Origin: Podarcis melisellensis
Taxonomy: Eukaryota
DNA length: 64,000 nucleotides
Direction: 5' to 3' (one strand)
Assembly (NCBI GenBank): GCA_964234715.1
Contig: OZ174279.1
The position numbers were made by a program, and so were the translations under genes. Shown here one piece after another: positions 49,001-61,000 of the stretch. The notes beneath the pieces are model-generated. The model worked only from the letters and a program-made list of their open reading frames with translations. It had not been told where the DNA came from and ran no database searches. Every line of letters begins with the position of its first letter. The first letter of the stretch is position 1.

Positions 49001-52000
49001 AAAGGCAACATGGCTAGAAACCCTTCCCAATGTTGCATACACAGAACACCTCCAGGATTCTAACAGAGCAATCCTAAGTGGGGTCTGGAGTGGTACCAGT
49101 GTGGTGACTGGCATGGATGTGGCAGCCCACTAGGTCAAGAAGTGTGTGTATGCCTTGTTACTTTCCACAACATCAACGCCAGACTGAAGGACCCATAGAT
49201 TGGTCTGGGGGGTGGGGGCTTCCTGCTTGCTACACTGTCAACAACATAGCTGAGCTTGATTAACGAATGAAGAGGTCTTCCTTCTGACATTGCCTGTCAC
49301 CCTCATAGCGCTGTGTGTTTAAGGAGACAGCAGGGCATGTGCAACTATGCTGTCAGCACCATAGTAAAAGCTGAGCTCAGCTTGCTGTTGAAAAACTGGA
49401 TCATACTTCTGCTTATTTATACAGTGGTGCTTATTATACTGATAAGTTACAAATAAAATACTTAAATATTGTTTGTAGCTCAAATCTGTGTGCCTTCAAC
49501 ATTATTATCATTAATAACTGTAAATGTGGATCCTATTAACATTAAAATGTTACCTATCTTCGTTGTTCACCATGTTCAGGACTGGATCGACAGATAAAAT
49601 CCCATACACCTCAAGAACATCATTCACTTTGAAACTATCCCCGTTTTCATATATCTGTCACAAAGAGTATTTTTAAGAGAAGAGACAGATTATAGTAACA
49701 TAATGCATAGAGCTGAATATTAAGCCAGGACTTATCTTTGCAGGAATGAGCAACAGCAAGTAGGAATGGATGAATCCTTCAATTTCGGTTTCTTCCAGAT
49801 GCTCATTCCTCCAATATCAAGTTCAGTTCTTCACTTTTCTGCATCAGTTTGTGAATTTCTTTTTAAAACGGTCTCCCCAAACTTCAACATTTTAGTGCTC
49901 ATTTCTCCTAATACACACATTTCTGTAAACCTTTTCTTCTAATGTGTATATTACTTATGTTATTTTCACTAATATATGCATGTTTTATACACATTTATGC
50001 ATACTGTACATAATTTGGGTTGAGAACTACACAGCAAAATTCAGAGAAGCGAGATAGCTGCATTTCAGCTCACGTATTGTTTTGGGTTCTGTGAATTAGT
50101 TAGGTTCACATTTGCAGTGTGAACTGAATTTCTGCCTCATTCCTCACAACAAGTCTCATACTCTTGCACTTTCCCTTCTTTCTTTTGGTATGGCTGCAAG
50201 GAGGACTCTGGAAGTGTTTGCTTCTGTTTTGGATTAACTGCAGCTTGTCACAGTGTCTGAACGCAGACAAAATGTGGTTAATCTTAACTATATTGTACTG
50301 GGGGGAAAAGCAGATTTTGAACTCTGGATTATGAAACTGGTTTGTTTCAACAAACCATAATTAAGATTAATTGCGGTTTAGGACTTTAGGACTTTGAGTA
50401 AACTACAGTTACTCAAAAAGAAGCAACAGCTTTATATCTTTTCTTTGTGACCACAGTGGATAAGAAGAGAGGGAAGGGAATGCATAAACCTGAGGCTTGC
50501 TGCAGCTCATTCCTGTAACAATAAACCATCCAAATACAAATGGTATCTGAAGAAGTGTGAATGCACACAAAAGCTCATACCAATAACAAATTAGTTGGTC
50601 TCTAAGGTGCTACTGGAAGGATTTTTTAAATTTTGTTTCATCCAAATACAGCCAGTGTGTTTCTCATAAAGTAGATTTCAACATAACCGTAGAGACTTAA
50701 GAGAGCAAGCAGAAGGTTTCTTGCACATTTCATTGTATCTGCCACTTCTTGCTTGCAGACATCTGTAATAACTAGCTGCATTTTACCCATTTCCATGAGT
50801 TTATAGAGAATATATTAATCATTTCAGAAATATGCAGCAGTAATGGCCAGAGCTGCATAACACACAACACATTACTAATCAACATGCACAACCCCCAGCA
50901 CAGACACCAACTGTTGGTCTACTTCGTAGCTTACATTCCAGTTTTTGGAGACCTACTTTGGAGATTTACATATTGCCATTTATTGGGTGAGATACGGGTA
51001 TCCTGCTGTTTCACCTATGTCAACTCACATAAAATATATGATCGTGGGTTTTTTTTAAAGAATGCACATATAACTTCATAACTTCAACTGAATAAATAGG
51101 ATTAAAGGAACATGACATCTCAAGTGTCTGCTTATGTGAGTACAACTGCAGCTACACATACTTCTGTGTTCTGAATTATAATAATATACCCTAGGTCAAC
51201 AGTGCATTTAATGGCAGGATTTATTTTAAGGATTACATTCTTTTGGTTTTCTTAAGAACAGAAGAGCCCTGCTGTATCAGGCTAGAGGCTCTCTAGCCCA
51301 GTATCCTGTTCTCACAATAACCAACCCAGATGTCTATGAGAAGCCTGCAAACAGCACCTGACTGCATCCACATGCTCACTCTTATGACTCCCCAGTAATG
51401 GGCATTCAGAAGACTATTATTTTCATCAGTGGAGGTTGAACTTAGCCTCCATATTTCATCCATGGATTTAAAATGTAAATGAGGTAATGCTTAATACTGC
51501 TTGATAGGCTTATTACCTTCACAAGACATGCAGGGCCTTTCTCTCCTGGAAGTGGAAAGTTTAGATCTAGCGGAGGTGAGCAATTTAAGGAGATCGTCTG
51601 ATGTCTTGCAGATGCTTCTGTTTCTAATCGCTTTGGCTCTCCACTCCCATGGATATCAGGCACACTTCCTGCAAGTTAGAAGAAGCAGTTTCTAATCAAA
51701 GTCCAATCAAAGTTGAAATTAAAACTTCCAGTTTTTCAAAGAAGCTTTACAAGGCCAGAGGTTTAGGGTAAAAAAAGTAAATGTTGTAATGGGGTGCATC
51801 CAATGTAGTGCAAAACTAGAAGTATACAGTACTTGCTTTGCTGGTGAAATATTTTGCACCAGTAGAATATTGTTGTGCAAGAGAATGCATAAGCAAGATG
51901 CTGGTAACTTTGTTGCACAACAGATTGCACAATCAGTTGCACAAGTTTCCACTAGCACAGCTGCTGCGATGGATTCCTCTGCTATGCAACATTTAAAACT

Positions 52001-55000
52001 CATCAGTCCATTAGTGCAAGAGCACTTGATCTAGTGGAGAGAGAATCATAGATGCAGCCCAATAAGTGGATCAGAGTACCAAAAAAATATGTGCTTCAAT
52101 AAAACAGCTATTCAGCCATACGACTTTAGTGTGTTTTGGGTGTAAGAGGAACTTAAAATAAAACCATCAATGTCTAATTAGCTGATACCCAGATGTTGCT
52201 CTCTCTGTTTAGATGGATGCAACTCCATATCTTCATCTTCCTCATAACTCCTCTTGTGACGACTTGGTGTATAGGATGTTGAAGGGCAAACTCGAGCTTG
52301 GCTTGCACTGGTATAGGCTTAAATCTCAAGTTAAGGACAATAGCATTTATTGATGGTTTCTACCCAGCATAATTTGATCTGGTATTTCAATTGTATGGAA
52401 TGATTTAAAACAAAAGAAGACAGGGAAACAAGGCACCATCCTCTCATGGGATGTATACAACAATAGAACATATTCCACATGTAGCCTTAGGCTATAGAGA
52501 ATTATGAAAATAATTTGCATCTACTTGTATATGAAACTCCTTAGGAACATTTTCTATCTAATCTAACAGACTCCACTGAAGTGACATAATTCAGCCTCAG
52601 TTACAGGAGTAACCACAGCTAATTAGTAATTACCCAACATTAGTAACCACAGCTAATTAGTAGATACCCACTAGCTGAGTATTTTACTGGTCTTAAAGCT
52701 GTATTCAAGCTTGCCTTTCTCCCTCAAAAAGTTAATCTACAATGTATACTAGATTTGATAATTTGTTATTTTTGGATTAACCACCAGAGGGAGTCATATT
52801 TTAACGAAGACTTCAATTTAATAGTATTCTAAAATTTTAAAAATGTACAAAGCTACTCATCTGCTTGTGTAGATATGCCTGGAAAAACCTACATTTTTAT
52901 GTAATAATTAAAAAATCCCAAACACTTCAACTTTCTTTGTAGGACAGCACCTTTTCTTCAAATTTCAAGGCACTTTAATCAGATAGCTCAGTCGGTAGAT
53001 CATAAGGCTCTTAATCTCAGGGTTGTGGGTTATGTTGAGCAAAAGATTCCTGCATTGCAGAGTTTGGACTAGATGACTCTTGTGGTCTATTCCAACTCTA
53101 CAATTTTTTCTCTCCACCCCACATTGCATATATATTTTTCTATATATCAGCATACAGAACAGTCAAAGAACTGCAAAGGATATTTCTTTCACCCATGCTG
53201 ACTCTCCAGGCACTGGAACACAGTATAAAGTCTGTCTGTCTCCCGTTACTATTTGTTTAGGGTTTAGATCTATTTCTTGGTGAGGCTAGAAAAGAATCAA
53301 GTGACATTACACAACATTAGAATACGAGATATCCAATAATATTTGGCCACTTTCACTTCAAAAATTCTATCCTACTAGGTCAGTTGTAACAGAAGTTAAT
53401 CTACCAGAATATTGAGAGTACCAAAGTATTTTTTTGTTTCAAAAAGGGTTGCAGATTCATATAGTGGTACTCCTTTTCACACTAAGATACAATATACTCT
53501 GTTCTTGCAACAACCATTTTCATGATGCAGCTGATGCTTTAAACCATTTTGAATGCAAGAACAAAACACCTGCAAATAGTTTTCCTATTATGGAACAAAA
53601 ATCATGGAGGTTTTATTCTTAGAAACTGGAATAACTGCTTCATCATAATCACAGGTTCTGATAGTTAATATTGCAGAACTATGATACTAACAGTCACAAA
53701 AATAAATAAATAAAATGGGCTTATTTAACAATTTGATATTATATGCCATAATGACTCATCAGTGTTTGCATCACTCAGACAAAACCCCCAGTATAATCTA
53801 AGAATCAAAGCTCAAATTAAATTAAAATGTTGAATCAATCAATATACTTTAATAAAAGCCTCATTCTCTGGATGCCAAATCTTTATGTAGCCAAAACAGC
53901 AACATCCATGTGCAAGAAGGATATATCAGCAGATGTGGAGGAATCCCAAAGTTTGCAGGAGTACCAATCAAAATATTTAGGGGGGAATCTAATAGTGAGA
54001 GGGGGGTTTGACCTAAAATGAGCCATGGAAGACTAAACAAGCTCACTAGCCATAAAATGCTGACTGGGTTTGAGAAATGACAGAGTGAAAATGAGGATCT
54101 TGAAGAAGGGCATGGCTAGTTTTTTGGAAGCCTGAAAATGAGACTTTACACTGTGATATTTTATTACGGATCCTATGTGTTTATAACTAAATCTCAAAGC
54201 TTCAAAGTACCGCGAAATTTCAGATAACTATCTTAATAAGAAAAATAAACATTCTGTAGCAACAGCATCATTGCAGCATGAGCTTTCATAATCAAAAGCC
54301 TACTTCATGCATCTGATGAAGGTCTTGTCTTGTTTGTGAAAGCTCATGTCACAAGACTTGTTTTTACAGCAGCAGACCAATGTGGCTACTCTCCTAGAAT
54401 GTAGGCATAAATGAGACTTTCTATATTTTTTTAAAATGGAAATAATTCAGTACTAGATGCACCAAAAGGATCAGATCATCAAAACCTTCTACAGTTTGAT
54501 AGTCTGTTCTATTTCCACGTCACTGTCTTGGTTGTGTAATACAGGACAGAGGCATTATCAAGTACACCACTAAATACATTCTTAGTTGTGGTGCTGGAAT
54601 CAACATTTTGCCAATACAGAAAAATATCCCTGCATGCATATCCTTGTTGAAATAAACTTCTTTGAAGTACTATTTTTTTCTTTAGAGAGAGGTGCAAGAG
54701 AAGCACATATATATGGGACGACTTATTGCACAGAAATAAGAAACATCACTCGCAAGGTTCAGGTTTATCCCTTTAAAACCTACACTTAAAACCCCCAAAC
54801 TGCTAGATTTTTATTCAAAGGAAGGAATTCAGTGTCACTCTTCTAATCGTTCTGTCAGTGCAAGCGTTACAGCTTGCCCAACCAAACCATCTCCCCTATG
54901 GATTCTGGGGATTATTCAAACCCAAAACCGAAAATGGGCGGGGGGGGGGGAGAGACAGGGAGCTATATTTGCCATATTATCACTCACCCCACATTCTGCT

Positions 55001-58000
55001 ACATCTCTGTATTTTCCAAAATGCAAAACCTATTAAAAAGAGGACAATGTGAGATCACTGTTGTATCCTACATCAGTTCACATTCATTCTATGCATAACA
55101 GAAATCTCTTCAATTGTGGTTATGCTTTAAGTATCAGCATTGCACTACATATTTCAAAGTAAAGATCAAAATAAATCTGACAAAGAATTGACTATGGGAA
55201 AAATTCTGGCCTATAGCCCCCTTCTGAAAGCAGCTACAAAATACTCCTACAGATGAAGAGCTAAATCATGATGGCTTGTGGCTATGCCTGACACAGATGT
55301 TCAGGATCTATTGGGAGGCTAATATACAAAATACGATTATGTAAATTTCATATTAAAAAAGGCACACCCCTTCAGTTATACCAATAATTGATGTGGTGGC
55401 CTTGCTTCCCAAGAGGCACTGCTGAACCTTCTGCCGTGGTAATTAATATGCAAAGCAGTTCAGCTGAGAGCAAGTCCAAAATAGTACTTTTATGCCGCAG
55501 ACATGCCTGTTTCTTTAAGGAGACTGAGACCTGGAAGTCGTCCATCTAAGTAGGGTCTTCTCAGTCTTGGTGGGAATATCTGTAGGTCTCAGTCCTTGAG
55601 TAAATCACTGCATATGCCCAGCACAAGAAATGCCAGGGTTTGGAGCATGATAATGGTGCACCTGTCCACAGTTAAAAAAGAATAAAGAATCCTCTTTCCT
55701 AAGGAGGAAGACTGATTACTCACCATCCCTGCACATTCTCCTTATTTCAGATTACTCAAGCATGGGGTGCTCTTCATTGATAAACTGTTGATGGATTTTT
55801 AAAAGCATGGATTGGTTGCTGATACCCTGTGTGTGTCAGGAGGACTTGTGGAAAGGGAAGTGGCTGGGTTCCCCCCCCCCTTTCACCCTCTGCTGAACTT
55901 CTGCAAAAGCCCCATGTGACATGGAACAATAAGCAGAAGATGTGAGAGAGGAGTTGGATGATAGCCACCATAAATCATGGCTGATTAGTAAGGCAAGCAC
56001 ACAAAGAGAGAGAGAGCACGTATCTGTGCATGTGAGAAAGCAATAAGGACCATAATAAAGAAGAACCACTTACACATGATTTAGTATGTATGTCAATTGT
56101 TTCATAAACATTCATATAAAATTCAGGATCAAACATATCTTGAACCATACAGCGAAATTTCACTAAACTGTTTGGCTTCAGATAATGTAGAGGGACATCA
56201 TTCAATGAAGGCACCTGTAGAAGAAAATAATAATATTGAATTACTACTACTTTCACATGACATATACAGAATTTTACTCTCTAATGAAACCTTAATTTAT
56301 ATAGTAATTAGGAATCATGAGGAAAGAATATACATTATATTTTTTTTAATCTAGCAGCAGCCTTATTGTTTGTTTACATCAGCCAGTGGGGAAAAAAATG
56401 TTGTCAAGTTCACAATATTTTTAATACTGTGTCTAATAGATAACCGGTATAATAGATAATACAGATGTGTTTTCTAAGATAGGTCCAGCTTTTTAGAAGT
56501 CTTTTACTGCTAGATTTTGACCTGGGAAATGCTGTGGCTCTTTGGTTAAACCACTTCTGCTAACATCTACTTTTCTTTTTGATAAATGCAGGTGCTAAGA
56601 GCCATGAACAGATCCATATCATTTTGAATAACAATGATAAGCAGTAAAACTGTATTAATACAGCACGGTACTGTCACCATTCAAACCTTCGTTTTCTGAA
56701 TTCACTGTATGCCCTTCATTACAAGGCTTAATTGCCAATTATCCAGTCTCTCAGGCTATCAAGCTGCTGAGCTATAATCACACTTCAGTTTACTCTTTTG
56801 TACTTTGGGGATGGGGATGAAATTACCAGAGAATACTGATGTTCAAATATTTAATCTCAACTAAGCCAAAACCGAGTGTCATTCAAACAACTTGTCATCA
56901 GAAATAGTGCTCTTTCTGGAATGCTTATTATTCTAATCTGGTATGCTCATGTGACTTCCCCTTTGTGTTCATGTCTAATTCTACCTACAACATGTTTTTA
57001 CCCTAAACTCGCAGGTAGGTGGGTACAGGTTGGCAGCCTAGGTGTTAGTTAAAGTTGGCACAGGGGAAAAGCAAGGTTGTGCCTTTAACAGCTATAAGGC
57101 AGAAGTTTGACAGGGTAAGCTTTTCCTAGTATGGAAATACATTTGTGGGAAAAGCTTCGCTATGATTATATTCACTCTAATTTTGTGTTATGACATGTCT
57201 GTCTCCCAGGCAGCCATGTTGTGACTGGCACCCACAATGCTCTCTCAAAATCCAAAATTTGCCCATTAGTTCAAAAGGGTTTGTGGCCCCCTCTTCTACA
57301 GTATGCCACTGCGAAGACTTATCCTACAGCAGGCATCCCCAAACTCAGCTCTCCAGCTGTTTTGGGACTACAACTCCCATCATCCCTAGCTAAAAGGACC
57401 AGTGGTCAAGGATGATGGGAACTGTAGTCCCAAAACAGCTGGAGGGCCGAGTTTGGGGATGCCTGTCCTAGAGGCTAAGAAACACTGCTACCAATGCACT
57501 GAAATTAAACAGGCAGAGTAGGCAATTCTGCATCCTGACTATTCCTGTTCAAAATCTCTATAGTAGAATTAACAAAAACTCTGACCAGCCTCCACCAGCT
57601 ACTTATTTTTTATATTTTTGTGTCTTATCATGAGGTTAACAATACCTGCAAGTCCCAGTTATGTGTGAGGAATATAATTAGAGGTGCATTCAACTTATTG
57701 TCTTTTCAATGAAGTTATAGTCTGTTAACTTTGCTCTTCTCTAATAAAGATTTTCAGTTCCTATTGCACTTATAGTGAAATCCTAAACATCAGATATGCC
57801 AAGTGGGAGAAGTTAGGATGTGGTATGTCGTCCCACTCCCAGAATGAGATGCCCTTAAGCTGATGTAAATAAATTACCCCAGTGTATCTGTTTACGCCGG
57901 CTGAAGGAAAGCCCTGGTGGCGTAAATTAAATCGGCTGGTGTAAAGGGCAAAAAGGGGGCATGTCAAGAATGGGAAATGTGTACAGGGAGAGGGATAAAG

Positions 58001-61000
58001 AATCTTATGCTGCATCACAACTCCCTTAATTCATTGGTTTTACTCACAGAGCTTGGTGTAATTTACATCAGCTAAAATGCAGGTGTAACTAAATTCCCCG
58101 AAGAAGAGTCAATGAAAGGACAGAAAATGAAGGTTTGCATTTCCCCTGCACCCCATCAAGCAGGAGCAGTTAGAATGCAATTTAACATACAGAGATACGC
58201 CTTTGTATCTGCTTGGTTAGGACTGCTCTGCCCATCTGCTTGGAGCCTTACAATCCATTTAGTAGTTTTTTCTCAGTTCAGTTCGCAAATTTATTTAAAG
58301 CAATGTTACAGGAAGATATTGTGTAAAACACAAGTGTACTGCCACCAAAGCAAAAGGGTAGGACCTAGATATGTAAATAAGTAAGCCCATTTTTACCCAG
58401 TTAGTAGCATTATTTTCTTTCAGCTTCTCTCTGAAGTATTCCGTTACTTTTCTCTCCCATTCAGGATTCAGACTATTTTGAGCTAGGAAAAAACCAAATG
58501 AAATTGAACTATTTTAGAACATTCAACAATCCAATGTATTCGGGCAATAAAATAGAATCCTGACTTAACTGCAAATACAATTTTTGCAAGAATATTGTCA
58601 GATAGCATTAGTTATTGGAAAAAATAAAAAGCTTGATTCAAGTAGTAAGGCAAACATTTATTAGTATTGGAGACAGCATGCCTCTGAATACCAATTGCTG
58701 GAGTTCGTGAACAAGAAAAATGCTACTGCATTAAATTAAGCAAGCTGAATATTTAGACTAGAGATAGGGAATGTGTGGCCTTCCAGATGCAGCTGAACTC
58801 CAACTCCCATCAACTTAGTGATTCCCATCCACTCTAGGCAGTATGGCCAGTCTTCAGGGATGATGGGAGTTGTGTTCCAGCAACACATGGGGAGTTCACA
58901 GGTTCTGAATCCTTGATTTAGTCTGTCAACCAAATGTGGGGTGAAAAATTTTCAGAAACAGAAATTTTTCCAGTGTTTTCTTTTTCAGGAGAAAAATAAT
59001 CAATTTCACAAGTTCACTGTTAACATTGAATGGATGCCAATTGCAAATAAAATATTAGGGAATCACAATATCACATAAATGACGGGTGGTCACATCGTAT
59101 TTCTTGTGTGAGGTTTCCAAGTACTGGGCAGCCTGTTGGCTATCCGGCACTTAGGAACTTACAGCAGCTTCAAAACCATTTTGCTGTTTGCAAAGAGCTT
59201 TAAGGCAGCTCCCACGCTCCTGTTTGAGCCTTTTTGAAATATCACACTTTGAAGCAGCTCCATGCTTCTCCTTTAAGCAAACAAGTGGTAGAGAGACGGT
59301 GGAAGAGGAGAAAGACACCAGCAGATCTGAATCAATGAACAGTGTTCAAAACTCCCATTGTTGAAGGTGCATTTTGCGACAGGGAATTTCATTAGCGTGA
59401 ACAGTTTCTGAGCGCTTTGCACAATACTGTGCCTAAGATTTCAGATTAAAACTGCAGAGTGGAAGGAAAGGATGACCTTTTTCTGCCTCCCCACTTCCAG
59501 CTACTTTCTGAAGATTGGAGAAGAGACCCTCTTAAGAATATTAGGGGGGTGGGCAGGGGAAGGACTAGACCATGTGAAAAACAAACATAATATTTTAGCT
59601 GCTGTTCATTTATTTTCAGCTTTCTTGTTAAAAAAAAGTGCACCTAGACATTCCATTGTTGCGCCCATAACCAGGTTTAAGGTGCCATTTAGTGCCTAGC
59701 TTTCATATCTCAGTTTCTTTTCAGCTGATGAGTGGGGATTAAATCCTGCTGCCTTGGCTGCATGATCCTGTTTGCTTCTAGCAACAGGACATGCAGCCAA
59801 TGCAGGGTTGGACCCTGTTCTCCTGCCCTCCATGATGGGTGGGTTGATGTGTTTTGGGGAAAATGGCCATGGGGCCAAATTGGATTCCATGGAGGCCCAA
59901 GATTGACCCATGGGCAAGAAGTTATCCACCCCTACTCTATAGCATCAGAAAAGTCTCCCAAAATTTCCCAAATATCCCACATCACCGTCAAATAGGATTG
60001 ATATATACTTTCCATGTCATGAAGAACAAACTGTTCTTGCCAATTAACTAAGTAGCTGTAGCCTCTGAAAAATTCTAGACAATAGAAAGACAACCCAAAC
60101 CCTAGTTGGGTAGCAGTGATGTGTGATGGAGGCACCAGTGCATCTGTCACTCATGCTGGTCAGATAAGAAAGCCAGCAAGACGGGGGGGGGGGGGAGGAG
60201 GTAAATCACCCTCAAGTGATGACAGGGGTGGCTCACAATTCAGAAGACCCTGGGCTAGCTTAGCCCCTCTTCTGGAACACTCCATTTTGGTACTCCTGCT
60301 TGCCTGCACTTTTAGTGGACTGAACAGAAATATCTACAGTAGTGGAATCCAGCAAGGCTGGGGGGATGGATTCCCCAACCAATCTAGCCTGCTTTCTCGC
60401 CTGGTGTGAAGGGCGGGGTGGGTAGGACAGCCAATTTAGTCGCTATGTAACTAATCTTGCTTGGTGCCTATGCATGTACGCAGAGAAAGCCAAGCAGAAA
60501 CCATTCAATTTTACTACCTGCTCACAATCTATATATTGTTATGAGCTGGGGGGGGGGGGGGGTAGGCAGGCTGTATACTTGAGCCCCCTTCTAAGGTTAC
60601 AAAGGAAGTGGCTTTGTGACCCAACTTTCAACTCGCTGGTAGTTACAAAGACCAGAAGTTATTATGTGAGCTAGAAGCTAGAACCTGGCAGACTGGAGGC
60701 TAGGCAGCTGGGAGACAGAGCTGTGTGTGATTTCTGCAGGAATCCAAGGATGGGGCTATGAGAGAAGCAAGACCGTCTTAGGGTGTGTTAATGCCACGAA
60801 CCTCTCCATCATAGACTTGGGTCATATACACGTGTAAATAAACCATATACCCTAAAGACAGCAGAGTCTCTGCTATACTTCATTCTGAAGGAACATGACC
60901 TGGAAAAGCTTGGAACCCCTTGAATCTCACACTGCTCGGAGATCGTGGTGGTGTGCAACAATATAAATTCTGTACTGCAGAAGATATTAGGCATTCATTT

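Noticed and set aside
52608-52662. 21-bp direct repeat AGTAACCACAGCTAATTAGTA inside the U12 intron
   Set aside because: Simple local duplication with no sign of function.
52980-53030. tRNA-Lys-like sequence
   Set aside because: The T-arm and acceptor stem are broken and it runs into a SINE tail, so it is not a tRNA gene. The same applies at 2232.
55724-55784. Possible minus-strand 61-nt poison exon in MCMBP intron 3 (ATG|gtgagt donor)
   Set aside because: The acceptor is weak and adjoins repeat-like DNA; it cannot be supported without RNA data.
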